Positions 18,925 through 28,706 of a DNA stretch of 64,000 bases are shown here, piece by piece. The stretch spans positions 14,642 to 78,641 of the forward strand of contig CACEDQ010000002.1 in NCBI GenBank assembly GCA_902558375.1, written 5' to 3'. Made by a program: the position numbers and the translations under genes. Every line of letters begins with the position of its first letter. Position 1 is the first letter of the stretch. Source of the DNA: an uncultured SAR86 cluster bacterium (GTDB taxonomy: Bacteria > Pseudomonadota > Gammaproteobacteria > Magnimaribacterales > D2472). The notes below the pieces were generated by a model that was given only the letters and a program-made list of their open reading frames with translations, made no database searches and was not told the DNA's origin.

Positions 18925-19458
18925 CTAATCTATTTCTCTTTTAATGATATCGTTAAGTTCAGATTCATGCCTTTTACTTGTACTGGTTAAATAAATTGCT
19001 GCAAATGAACCAGATAAAGCAGTAACCATACCAGCCATAGTCGGAAGTGTAGCTTTAGAAACTCCACCAGCCATGGCTCTTGCATCGCCACCACCGTTAA
19101 ATGCCATAACTTGGAAAACTTCAATCATTCCTGTAACAGTGCCTAACAAACCCAATAATGGAGCTAGTACAATGCATGTTTGTATAATACTAATGTTCTT
19201 GTTGATTTCCATCTTAGCTTGAGACATCATCTTTTCTCTAATTTGAAGCGCATACCAAGATTTCTTATCTTTTCTGGAATTCCATTTTTTAGCAAGATCA
19301 GCAACATATTCTTGATGCGCATGAGAAAGATACCAAATTCTCTCAAAGATCATACCCCACATAAAGAACACAAGAATTGCTATAAGCCAAAGCACATTTC
19401 CACCTTGCTCCATAAAATCTCTTATGGATGACAAGGCTTCTGTGATTGCAAATAGCAT
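18925..19458 (-). CDS. exbB: MotA/TolQ/ExbB proton-channel protein
   Basis: 177 aa, 3 TM segments, conserved APLLGLLGTVTGMIEVF block. Confidence 0.9.
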   Translation of the reverse strand: MLFAITEALSSIRDFMEQGGNVLWLIAILVFFMWGMIFERIWYLSHAHQEYVADLAKKWNSRKDKKSWYALQIREKMMSQAKMEINKNISIIQTCIVLAPLLGLLGTVTGMIEVFQVMAFNGGGDARAMAGGVSKATLPTMAGMVTALSGSFAAIYLTSTSKRHESELNDIIKREID

Positions 19459-19468
19459 TTACTATTAC

Positions 19469-20851
19469 CTACTTCTCAGCTTTTTCAGCAAGGATACCAG
19501 TGCTCTGTTCTTCAAGAATACTTATAATCCCTCTAGCTGAAGACTGCGTAAAGGAATGAAGTAAACTTGTTGGAATAGCTACCAATAAACCTAATACAGT
19601 TGTAACAAGAGCTTGTGAAATACCACCAGCCATAAGCTTAGGATCTCCTGTTCCATACAAAGTAATCATTTGGAATGTCACAATCATACCTGTGACAGTT
19701 CCCAAAAGACCTGCTAAAGGTGCAATGACTGAAATAATCTTTATAAATCCAATACCTTGTTCAATTGCTGGTCTTTCTGCCATTATTGCTTCAGCAAGTT
19801 TTAGCTCTAACGTATCAATATCTTTATCAAAGTTATCTTTACCAACTTTAAGAACTCTTCCAAGTGGATTTGCTGAGTCAGCAGCATCTTGATTAGCCTG
19901 TTTTCTAACAGCGGTGCCAATCATGTACAGACTGTATAATTTATAGAATGCAAACAGAACAGCAATGATACCAACGGCAATAATTGCATAACCAACTTCT
20001 CTACCCTGCTGAGCTCTTTCCATTAGTGAAGGAGTTTGTATTAGATTAGCTAGTAAGCTACCTCCAGTAGGACCTGTTGGGTCTACGCCAAACTTAACTT
20101 GGTCACCAACTTCTGCATTACCTATTTTGCTTGCTGTTTTAGTATATCTGCCTGCAGGCTGTCTTGGTAAAAAGGCATACTGCCCCTTTGAGGTAGCATA
20201 TTCTAAGTATTTACCGTCACAGACAGCATTAAATAAGCCTACTCTAGTAACGTTACATTCAGAAGTTTCACCATCTACATCTATTACATCTGTTGTAAAT
20301 GATACAACCTGACCACTAGCCACCATTTCTCTTTGGAGCTCATACCAAAGCCCTTCAATCTCTCTTATGGTTGGAAGTTCTGTTGTCTCTGACATTTTGC
20401 CAGTTAATGCATTTAAGAATTTAACTCTATCTTGGCCATATTCAGCACCTGTTAAGGATCCTGAAAATTGAACAGCAGCTTCTCCTGCTGAACTTTGAAG
20501 ATGTCCAAATAATTCAACAAGTGAACCTAATTCTTTTTGATAGGCCTCTTCTTTAACTCTAAGGATACCTTCATTCTTCTTGTATTCAGCCTCAAGAGTG
20601 TCTGCAATTTTTTCTTGTCTTGCTAGCTCTCTTTTTTCAGCTGCCAAAATAGAAGCTTGCTTATTTTTATTTGCCATGAATTCAGCTTCTCTATTAGAGT
20701 TTGCTGCTTGTTCTTGCGTTTTACCTTCTTTAACTAATGCTAAAAGAGCTTCAACTGTAGATACTTCAACTACCTCATCTGTACTATCTTGAGAGGCAAC
20801 TAGACCGCTAAATAATAGAAGTAGTGCTGGAATTATATATAGTTTTTTCAT
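19469..20851 (-). CDS. large MotA/TolQ/ExbB-family protein (TtpC-like)
   Basis: 460 aa with a signal peptide and a long coiled-coil/periplasmic region. The C-terminal ExbB-like channel has APLAGLLGTVTGMIVTF. This architecture matches TtpC of Vibrio TonB2 systems. Confidence 0.8.
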   Translation of the reverse strand: MKKLYIIPALLLLFSGLVASQDSTDEVVEVSTVEALLALVKEGKTQEQAANSNREAEFMANKNKQASILAAEKRELARQEKIADTLEAEYKKNEGILRVKEEAYQKELGSLVELFGHLQSSAGEAAVQFSGSLTGAEYGQDRVKFLNALTGKMSETTELPTIREIEGLWYELQREMVASGQVVSFTTDVIDVDGETSECNVTRVGLFNAVCDGKYLEYATSKGQYAFLPRQPAGRYTKTASKIGNAEVGDQVKFGVDPTGPTGGSLLANLIQTPSLMERAQQGREVGYAIIAVGIIAVLFAFYKLYSLYMIGTAVRKQANQDAADSANPLGRVLKVGKDNFDKDIDTLELKLAEAIMAERPAIEQGIGFIKIISVIAPLAGLLGTVTGMIVTFQMITLYGTGDPKLMAGGISQALVTTVLGLLVAIPTSLLHSFTQSSARGIISILEEQSTGILAEKAEK

Positions 20852-21600
20852 TACACTTCTCCTTTAACAACTGGCATCATTAACATATCTGTAGGAGCTA
20901 ATTTTTTAGCCATTCTAATGCCATCTCTTATCGGTTTTCTATATGAGCCAGGAAGCTCATCCCATGAGCCTGTATTGTTGTTCCATCTGCCACTAGATTG
21001 TTCATCTTTAGTTTGATAGAACATGCCGATTCTTCCGATTACTAAAATATTAACAACAGTTCCATCTTCAAGGGTACTTTCATATGTATCAATTTTTCTA
21101 CCGTATTCAGCTTCAATGTTGTAGGCTTCAAGCACCTGTCTAACTTGCTCAGAAGCTGTAACTTTAGGTTTTGCTAAAGAAGATCTAACTAAGTCAATTC
21201 TGTTTTGTCTTTCTTCAATCCTGAAGGGAGTATCAAGAGAGATGAAAGACTCTAAACTTTCAAGCATTCTTTGTGCTAAAGGAGGTATTTGTCTTTGCAT
21301 AACAACAACCTGAACAAGTTGATCGTCTAGCTTGTCCATTAGCTCTAACTGAGCAGCTATTTGAATTCTTTTTTGTTCATTGTAAAGCTTAAGACCCTCA
21401 ACTTGTTTTGAAACAGCCTTAAATTCATTAACAATTTTGTCAGTCTGTCTTTCTGTTGCATCAATTCTGTCTTGAGATTTTGCTGATAACATTTGATTAT
21501 CTCTTCCAACTTCAAGAACACTTTCCATATCAGAGGATGAGAGCATTCCAGAAATGGAGACGATTATGCACAGCTGCACTATATTAAATTTATTTTTCAT
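20851..21600 (-). CDS. DUF3450-like periplasmic coiled-coil protein (first gene of the TonB2-type cluster)
   Basis: 249 aa with a signal peptide and a long heptad-like region. 1-nt TAATG overlap with the TtpC-like gene. Position and size match the DUF3450 component of TonB2 clusters. Confidence 0.65.
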   Translation of the reverse strand: MKNKFNIVQLCIIVSISGMLSSSDMESVLEVGRDNQMLSAKSQDRIDATERQTDKIVNEFKAVSKQVEGLKLYNEQKRIQIAAQLELMDKLDDQLVQVVVMQRQIPPLAQRMLESLESFISLDTPFRIEERQNRIDLVRSSLAKPKVTASEQVRQVLEAYNIEAEYGRKIDTYESTLEDGTVVNILVIGRIGMFYQTKDEQSSGRWNNNTGSWDELPGSYRKPIRDGIRMAKKLAPTDMLMMPVVKGEV

Positions 21601-21689
21601 AAATATCTCCCTAAAAGTTTGAACATATTACCAGTCATAGGCCAATAATTAAACTTTTTTTTTAAAGCATATTTAGCTTATTTTCTTTT

Positions 21690-22547
21690 TTAACCTTTTT
21701 TAAAACTTAACCACAGCACAGGTGTATTAGATTTATATTTTTTATAATTTTCATCATGCCCCCATTTTATATCAGCCCTAGCTTCTAACATTCTTACACC
21801 ACTAACATATACAAGAAGAATATATGTAAATATTGGAGATATAAGAGTTAAGTATTGCCACCCCTCTAAAGATGAAAATGACATAACAGCAATACCAGCC
21901 CAAAGAACTATTTCACCAAAATAATTTGGGTGTCTTGATTTGGCCCATAACCCTGTAGTAATGAATTTATCCCTATTTTCAGGAAAAGATCTAAATTTAG
22001 ATTTCTGATTATCTGCAATAATTTCAGTGCTAAAACCAAGTAGAAATAAACCTAAGCCAAAATAGAACAATGCGTTAACAACTACTCCGCTATCTGACGA
22101 AATTGCTGTTAAAGCACACATTGAACATAGAGAAACCCATAGCCCTTGTAATGTCCATGTCATAAAAAATTGAGTTGCCGAAGGCTTTATGGTTCTAAAT
22201 CTTTTATCTTCCCCATCTTTATGTATTCGCATAAACAAAAAACTGCCTAGTCTTAGGGCCCATAAAGAAATAAGCAAAACAATAACTGTATTTGCTACAT
22301 TGGCATTAACGAAATCACCAGAAGCTAAAATCAATGCATACCAAGTTACAGATAGATAGGTAAGACTTCCTGTTAAATCATAAAATTTTTCTGTCTGGAA
22401 AACATAAGCAGGAATATATGCAACCCACTGAATCACAAATGCCAAAATTACAACTTTTAAAACATTATCGATTCCTGTTGCTGCTGCGATTGAAATTGCA
22501 ATAAAAAATACAACCAATGATATTAATAAATTAATTAATGCTTTCAT
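21690..22547 (-). CDS. DUF1295 / steroid-5-alpha-reductase-like membrane protein
   Basis: 285-aa polytopic protein with the C-terminal WAKSRHPNYFGEIVLW motif typical of the DUF1295/ICMT-like fold. Confidence 0.75.
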   Translation of the reverse strand: MKALINLLISLVVFFIAISIAAATGIDNVLKVVILAFVIQWVAYIPAYVFQTEKFYDLTGSLTYLSVTWYALILASGDFVNANVANTVIVLLISLWALRLGSFLFMRIHKDGEDKRFRTIKPSATQFFMTWTLQGLWVSLCSMCALTAISSDSGVVVNALFYFGLGLFLLGFSTEIIADNQKSKFRSFPENRDKFITTGLWAKSRHPNYFGEIVLWAGIAVMSFSSLEGWQYLTLISPIFTYILLVYVSGVRMLEARADIKWGHDENYKKYKSNTPVLWLSFKKG

Positions 22548-24364
22548 TATTTACTCCACCCACAAATTCTATTTTCATTTTTTACATCGAGCCATTCTTT
22601 TAATGGTTTGTAATAATTTACAATTGAGCTACCGCTAAGTTTTCTCGAGCCTGTTAAATTTTCAAAAGCGTCTTGCCATGGAACACTTTGCCCCATTGCC
22701 ATTGTTGAGATAATTTTTTCTCCAGCATATTCATTACCATGAATCGAGCATTCATGAAGCGGCCCATCAAAGCCCATGCCATTACATAATGATTCATGAA
22801 ACTGGTATTGCATAATGCTTGCTAAATAATATCTGGTATATGGAGTATTTCCTGGTATGTGATATTTTGCGCCAGGATCAAAGTACTCCTCTGTTCTTTC
22901 TGATGGAGGTTTTATTCCTTGATAATACTCTCTTAAATCCCACCATGATTGATTTAATTCATCTTGTCCAGTTTCACCATTAAAGACTCCTGCTCTCCAC
23001 TTATCTAGCATTAAAGCCCAAGGCACAACAACAACACCCTCTAGAGCTTGCTTCATTAATAAACCAATGACATCTTCCTTCACCTCTTCTGCCTCTACCT
23101 CAGATATAAAACCAATATTTTTAAGGTAATCAGGAGTAATTGACAATGTTAAAAGGTCGCCAAACGCTTCATGGAAACCATCATTGGCTCCTCCCTGAAA
23201 TAAAGTTGGTAAATGGTTGTATGCTTGATAGTAAAAAATATGACCCAGCTCATGATGAATGGTTGCAAAATCTTCTTCATTTTTTTCTATACACATTTTA
23301 ATTCTAAGATCATTTTTGGCTGGATCTAAGTTCCAGGCCGAAGCATGACACACAACATCTCTATCTTGAGGCTTTACAAATAAAGACCTTTCCCAAAAAG
23401 TACCAGGTAATGGCTTAAATCCCATCGATAAAAAGAAATTTTCAGCATATTTAACCATTTCAATTTCAGAAATATTTTTTTCTTCAATTATTTTAGTAAC
23501 ATCAACTGAACTAGTTTCTTTGCTACCTGGATAAACAATATCATATATATTGGACCATGATTGACCCCACATATTTCCAAGAATATGGACTGGTAAAGGC
23601 TCACCCAAAGATACTATTTCGTCACCATATTTTTCGTTTAATTCGCCCCTTACGTGGCAATGTAATGCATCATACAAAGGCTTAACCTCATCCCAGACTC
23701 TATCAATTTCTTCTAAAAATTCTTCTGCAGGCATATCATATTTACTAAACCATAAATCACTAAGTCCGTCGAAGCCGAGCTCTTTAGAACCTTGATTGCC
23801 AATTTCAACCATTCTCGTATATAGAGGTCTCATTGGTTTCCCTATTTCGTGCCACCCTTGCCATGCGCGGAGAAGCTCATTAGGGTTTCTCGAGTTATCT
23901 ATAATTTGTTCAAAAGCTTCTAGGTCATAACAGGAACCATCATCAAAACAATGCTTTCCGGCTCCATACATTGCATCTAGCTTTGTAGAAATCGTAGACA
24001 ATTCGGCTGCTAATTCTTCATTGAGTGGAGGCGGCATAACGAAAGAGCTTTTTAAAAGTTCTAATTGTCTTCTCTGAGCTGAAGAAGTTTCTAAATCATT
24101 AAATAAAGCAGCTTTTTTTGAGTCTTCAAGGGATTTCAATGTATATCTTTTGCTGTAATCAGCAACAATGTTTTGTGAATCAAAGTTTATAAAGTTTGAT
24201 CCAATCCAATATGCAGAATAAGCAATGGGACCCTCTTTAAGATTCCTTGTTTCTACCTCATCTAAGAACAATTTTAAATCAGCTTCTGAAGCAGATTGTT
24301 CGCTAGTTTGACTGCAAGAAGTTACAATTGCACTAATGGCAACTAAAGTAAAAAATTTTTTCAT
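22547..24364 (-). CDS. M2-family (angiotensin-converting-enzyme-like) zinc peptidyl-dipeptidase, lipoprotein
   Basis: HHELGH zinc motif followed by HEAFGD about 24 aa downstream, the same arrangement as ACE HHEMGH...EAIGD. About 600 aa, the size of a single ACE domain. Lipobox VTSC after MKKFFTLVAISAI. The ATG at 24364 has a GGGGA SD; the track TTG at 24382 is less likely. Confidence 0.8.
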   Translation of the reverse strand: MKKFFTLVAISAIVTSCSQTSEQSASEADLKLFLDEVETRNLKEGPIAYSAYWIGSNFINFDSQNIVADYSKRYTLKSLEDSKKAALFNDLETSSAQRRQLELLKSSFVMPPPLNEELAAELSTISTKLDAMYGAGKHCFDDGSCYDLEAFEQIIDNSRNPNELLRAWQGWHEIGKPMRPLYTRMVEIGNQGSKELGFDGLSDLWFSKYDMPAEEFLEEIDRVWDEVKPLYDALHCHVRGELNEKYGDEIVSLGEPLPVHILGNMWGQSWSNIYDIVYPGSKETSSVDVTKIIEEKNISEIEMVKYAENFFLSMGFKPLPGTFWERSLFVKPQDRDVVCHASAWNLDPAKNDLRIKMCIEKNEEDFATIHHELGHIFYYQAYNHLPTLFQGGANDGFHEAFGDLLTLSITPDYLKNIGFISEVEAEEVKEDVIGLLMKQALEGVVVVPWALMLDKWRAGVFNGETGQDELNQSWWDLREYYQGIKPPSERTEEYFDPGAKYHIPGNTPYTRYYLASIMQYQFHESLCNGMGFDGPLHECSIHGNEYAGEKIISTMAMGQSVPWQDAFENLTGSRKLSGSSIVNYYKPLKEWLDVKNENRICGWSK

Positions 24365-24412
24365 AGTTTTCCCCGATAACAACTAATAAAATAACATAAA
24401 AATATAAATAAT

Positions 24413-24976
24413 ATGAAGATTTCAACTAACCAATTTAGAAATGGTACAAAGCTTTTGATAGATAATGCTCCTTGTTCGATTATCGAACATGAATTCCATA
24501 AACCGGGCAAAGGTCAAGCTGTTATGCGAGTAAAATATAAGAATCTTCTTACCGGAAATACAAACGATAAAACATTTAAATCTGGTGAATCTGCAGAAGC
24601 AGCAGATGTAAATCATAGAGACATGGAATTTCTATATACAGATGGTGAAACTTGGCATTTTATGGATCCAAATAGTTATGAACAGATTGAGGTAAAAGCA
24701 AATGAGATTGGAGATGCAAAAAAATGGCTTGTTGGCCAAGAAACATGCGAAATTATTCTTTGGGATGAGAAACCAATTCAAGTAGACCCCCCTGTAAATG
24801 TAGAATTAAAAATTTTGAAATCAGAACCTGGCGTCAAAGGTGATACTGTTTCAGGTGCTACTAAGTCTGCAGAGCTTGAGACTGGTGTTGTAATACAAGT
24901 ACCTCTTTTTGTTAATGAAGGTGAGGTTGTAAAAGTTGATACTAGAGATGAAAGCTATCTTGGAAGAGCCAAATAA
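24413..24976 (+). CDS. efp: elongation factor P
   Basis: 187 aa with a KPGKGQA loop (Lys-type modification site). Typical EF-P N-terminus and C-terminus. Confidence 0.95.
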   Translation: MKISTNQFRNGTKLLIDNAPCSIIEHEFHKPGKGQAVMRVKYKNLLTGNTNDKTFKSGESAEAADVNHRDMEFLYTDGETWHFMDPNSYEQIEVKANEIGDAKKWLVGQETCEIILWDEKPIQVDPPVNVELKILKSEPGVKGDTVSGATKSAELETGVVIQVPLFVNEGEVVKVDTRDESYLGRAK

Positions 24977-26718
24977 TGATAGACACATTAAATGAAGAAA
25001 TAAGTAAATTTTTGTCTTCATTTTTAAATACTGAAGATGAAAAATTAAGTCTAATAGAAAAAAAATACTCATCTACTATTACTGATGATTTAGATAAGGG
25101 CCATATAACCTCGAATGTTTGCATGATAGCTGGAAGCATTTTAAAAAAGAATCCAAAAGAAATAGCTGATGCTTTGGTTGAATGGTTAAAAAAAACAGAT
25201 AACTTCCATGAGATTGAATCTGCTGGTCCCGGATTTATAAATGTTACTCTTAAAAGATCAGATTTTGTTGCCACGGTTCATAAAATTAATGAGGACTCAA
25301 AAAAATTTGGTGAATCGGATTATGGGAAAGATAAATCAATTCAAATTGAGTTCGTTTCAGCAAACCCAACGGGCCCTTTGCATGTTGGACATGGAAGAGG
25401 AGCTGCTTACGGAGATGCAATAGGCAGAATTCTCTCATCCTCTGGCTATAAAGTTCAGAAAGAATACTATATCAATGATGCTGGAAGACAAATGGATATT
25501 CTTACAGCCAGTGTATTTGCAAGAATTTTTGAAAGTGAGTTAGATAATTTTTTTCCAAAAAATGCATATAAGGGGTCATATATTTCTGAAATTGCCATGG
25601 CATTCAGAGATAAAAATAATTGCAACCTAGAAACTGATGGGCATGCTCTTATAAAAGACTTGCCTGAAGATGAAGAAAAAGAAATAGATGAATTAATACT
25701 TAGAATAAAAAATACCTATGAGGCATGGCCTAAAATAAAATCTTTTGCTTTAGATGAGGTTTTAAAAACTATTAAAGAAGATCTTGAGAGTTTTAATGTA
25801 ACTTTTGACAATTGGTATAGCGAATCAAGTCTCGGGAGTTTAGATGATAAAAATTCTAAAATTAAAAAAGCCATAGATACGCTTATTACAAGCAAACTTG
25901 CGTACGAAGATAACGGCGCCATCTGGTTAGACACTAGCAAAAGTGGTGATGATAAAAATAGAGTTTTAATAAGAGATGATGGAAGAGCCACTTATTTTGC
26001 GTCCGATGTTGCTTACCATAAAGATAAGATAGATAGAGGCTTCGATAAATTAATAAATGTTTGGGGAGCTGATCATCACGGCTATATAAAAAGAATTGAA
26101 GCATCAATTGAAGGTCTTGGCTTTGATAAAGAAAAATTAGATGTCCAACTTGTGCAGTTTGCAAATCTCTTCAAGGATGGAAGCAGGGTAAAAATGTCTA
26201 CAAGATCTGGTGATTTCTATTCTTTGGCTGACCTAATTGGTGAAATTGGTACTGGTGCCTCTAGATTTTATTATCTTTCAAAACAAGCAGATCAGCATTT
26301 AGATTTTGATTTAGACCTAGCTAAGGCAGATAGCAAAGAAAATATTTTCTACTACATACAATATGCTCATGCACGAATATGTTCGTTATTAAGAAAATAC
26401 ACTGATAGCCATGGCTCAATGCCAGAAAATGCAAGCGCTATAAGCGGTGGATCTTATTATAATTGTGATGAATTGATTCATGGAATGAGCAAATACCCCC
26501 ATGTAGTTTTGAGGGCATCTATATCTCTACAGCCTCATTTAATTATTTACTACTTAAAAGACTTTGCCCATAGCTTTCACAGTTTTTACAACGATAATCA
26601 AGTTTTAACAGAATCTAAAGAAAATATAGATTCAATAATTTTTTGTTTAAATGCAGCCAAAATAGTAATTGCTAACGGACTCAAACTTTTAGGGATAGAG
26701 CCAATAGAAAAAATGTAA
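24976..26718 (+). CDS. argS: arginine--tRNA ligase
   Basis: SANPTGPLHVGHGR (HIGH), MSTRSG (KMSK-like), 580 aa, and a C-terminal DALR-type anticodon-binding region. Confidence 0.95.
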   Translation: MIDTLNEEISKFLSSFLNTEDEKLSLIEKKYSSTITDDLDKGHITSNVCMIAGSILKKNPKEIADALVEWLKKTDNFHEIESAGPGFINVTLKRSDFVATVHKINEDSKKFGESDYGKDKSIQIEFVSANPTGPLHVGHGRGAAYGDAIGRILSSSGYKVQKEYYINDAGRQMDILTASVFARIFESELDNFFPKNAYKGSYISEIAMAFRDKNNCNLETDGHALIKDLPEDEEKEIDELILRIKNTYEAWPKIKSFALDEVLKTIKEDLESFNVTFDNWYSESSLGSLDDKNSKIKKAIDTLITSKLAYEDNGAIWLDTSKSGDDKNRVLIRDDGRATYFASDVAYHKDKIDRGFDKLINVWGADHHGYIKRIEASIEGLGFDKEKLDVQLVQFANLFKDGSRVKMSTRSGDFYSLADLIGEIGTGASRFYYLSKQADQHLDFDLDLAKADSKENIFYYIQYAHARICSLLRKYTDSHGSMPENASAISGGSYYNCDELIHGMSKYPHVVLRASISLQPHLIIYYLKDFAHSFHSFYNDNQVLTESKENIDSIIFCLNAAKIVIANGLKLLGIEPIEKM

Positions 26719-26723
26719 ATGGC

Positions 26724-27257
26724 ATGAAAGACTACGCTAATAGAAATAAATCTAGAAAAAGAAATATCACAAGAAAAAAAACTGTATTTAGATCTAAAAA
26801 AGATAACAGTCCTCTTATATCAAAAAACATAATTTCTGGAATTATATTATTAGCATTAGCTCTGGGAGCTGTTTCACTACTATATTTTGATACAGACATT
26901 TCTAGCATTAAACCAAGAGAAAGTTCTAATAAAATTAAAATAGATTTTCCGACATCTCTTACTAAAAATTCCGTTCTTATAGAAACAGAATCAGAAGAAA
27001 ATTTCCTTTCCTGTGAGTACTTTGTTCAAATTGGGGCATATGGCAATAAGAAATATGCTTATGAAGCAAAAGATATCCTAAATGAAATTGAGCTCATTAC
27101 CATTAATGAAATATATAGTAGTTCCAAACCTGGCAAGCTATTGCATAGCGTTATAACTGGTCCCTATAAAAACAGATCAGCTGCAAATAACATAAAAGAA
27201 AAAATTACAAACAGGGGTTTTGATCCACAATTGAGAACTTTATGCGAAAAGAATTAG
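26724..27257 (+). CDS. SPOR-domain cell-division-associated protein
   Basis: Basic N-terminus, one TM segment, and a C-terminal SPOR-like repeat (YFVQIGAYGNKKYAYEAKDIL...ITGPYKNRSAANNIKEKI). Located directly after argS. Confidence 0.7.
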   Translation: MKDYANRNKSRKRNITRKKTVFRSKKDNSPLISKNIISGIILLALALGAVSLLYFDTDISSIKPRESSNKIKIDFPTSLTKNSVLIETESEENFLSCEYFVQIGAYGNKKYAYEAKDILNEIELITINEIYSSSKPGKLLHSVITGPYKNRSAANNIKEKITNRGFDPQLRTLCEKN

Positions 27258-27913
27258 AAACAAATATTAATTCTCTTAAACTCAAGATTGCTAAAGCAAG
27301 TAAAACTGTATCTAAAAACCTGGATGACATTTTTTTAATTGCGGTCTCAAAGAAAAAAAACATTGAGCATATTAGAGCAGCCCAAAATTTAGGCATAAAT
27401 AATTTTGGAGAAAATTATGCACAAGAACTTGAAGAAAAAGCCAATAATATTGATGAGAATGTATGCTGGCATTTTATAGGACCTCTTCAATCTAATAAGG
27501 CAAAAATTATTTCTAAATATGCTGACTGGATACACACAATTGATAGAAAGAAAATAGCAGACAAAATAAATGAAGAATGTAAAAAGATTAATAAAATTAT
27601 AAATGCCTGTATTCAAGTTAATATTTCAAATGAGTCAACAAAATCAGGAATTAATCCTGAAAACCTTATGATTTTTGCTAAATATATTGATTCTATGGAA
27701 AATATTAATTTAAAAGGCATAATGGTTCTCCCAAGTTTGGGTGAAAATAATAAAAAACAGATGCAAGACTCAAAATTGCTTCATGAAGAGCTGGTATCAG
27801 TTTTTCCTCATGCAAAATATTTGTCGATGGGAACAACTAATGATTTTGAGACCGCCATTGTATCTGGCTCTAATATGATTAGAGTTGGCGAGTTAATTTT
27901 TGGCAAAAGATAA
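27242..27913 (+). CDS. yggS: YggS-family pyridoxal-phosphate homeostasis protein
   Basis: 223 aa. IAVSKKK (PLP lysine), WHFIGPLQSNK and MGTTNDFE blocks. Followed by proC-yggT as in other Gammaproteobacteria. Confidence 0.85.
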   Translation: MRKELETNINSLKLKIAKASKTVSKNLDDIFLIAVSKKKNIEHIRAAQNLGINNFGENYAQELEEKANNIDENVCWHFIGPLQSNKAKIISKYADWIHTIDRKKIADKINEECKKINKIINACIQVNISNESTKSGINPENLMIFAKYIDSMENINLKGIMVLPSLGENNKKQMQDSKLLHEELVSVFPHAKYLSMGTTNDFETAIVSGSNMIRVGELIFGKR

Positions 27914-28704
27914 TGAAAAAGATAGTTTTTTATGGATCAGGAAATATATCTCAAGCTCTAATATCGGGTTTACTATCGGCTGGATACAAGAAAAATCTTA
28001 TAGAGTTTATTGATAGAAATAAAATAAACTCAGGAAAAACTAAAAAACTCGGAGCAACAAAAAATAATCTCAAAACTATTGATACAAAATCAATTATTTT
28101 TTTAGGGGTTAAACCAAAAGATGCCATGAATGCATATGCTGAAATATGTGCAGCAGTAAAAAAACCAAAAATTGTATCCCTGGTTGCTGGCATAAAATCA
28201 AATAAATACTTATCTGAATCTAATGGTGTTGAACTTATCAGGGCTATGCCAAACACCTCATCTCAATTTAATAAAGGCATAACCGCCATCTGTAATTGCA
28301 ATGCAAATAAAACAACTTTTAATCAAGTATCCTCAATATTTAAAAAAGTAGGTACTACTATAGATATTACCAAAGAGAATAAAATTGACGATTTTACTGG
28401 ACTAATTGGTAGCGGTCCTGCCTACTTCTTCTATCTTTTAAAAGTATATGAAAAAAGAATCTTAAAACTTTGCGATGGGGATAAATCAAAAAAAGATACT
28501 ATCATTTGTAATTTATTGGAAGGGGTTTCGCATTCAATTAATGATAATAGTAATCTTGATGAGCTAATTGCCTCAGTTGCTTCAAAAAAAGGAACAACCG
28601 AAGCTGGTTTAAAAAGTTTTAAATCATCAAAATTATCTCAAAATTTTGAAAAAGGGATAGCCGCAGCAATCAAGCGAGCTAAAGATATATCAGTTGAGTT
28701 CTAA
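27913..28704 (+). CDS. proC: pyrroline-5-carboxylate reductase
   Basis: N-terminal Rossmann FYGSGNISQALISGL, RAMPNT, and C-terminal VASKKGTTEAGL signature. Confidence 0.85.
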   Translation: MKKIVFYGSGNISQALISGLLSAGYKKNLIEFIDRNKINSGKTKKLGATKNNLKTIDTKSIIFLGVKPKDAMNAYAEICAAVKKPKIVSLVAGIKSNKYLSESNGVELIRAMPNTSSQFNKGITAICNCNANKTTFNQVSSIFKKVGTTIDITKENKIDDFTGLIGSGPAYFFYLLKVYEKRILKLCDGDKSKKDTIICNLLEGVSHSINDNSNLDELIASVASKKGTTEAGLKSFKSSKLSQNFEKGIAAAIKRAKDISVEF

Positions 28705-28706
28705 AA

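Noticed and set aside
21601-21689. Looked for a Fur box or clear sigma-70 promoter upstream of the TonB2-type cluster.
   Set aside because: No match better than chance to the 7-1-7 Fur core, and candidate -35/-10 hexamers have wrong spacing. Left unannotated.
24422-25274. Minus-strand ORFs (24422-24616, 24851-25072, 24942-25274) opposite efp and argS. Further alternative-frame ORFs lie inside argS (25241-25423, 25716-25991, 25934-26164).
   Set aside because: efp and argS are unambiguous. These frames show no motifs and overlap conserved coding sequence.
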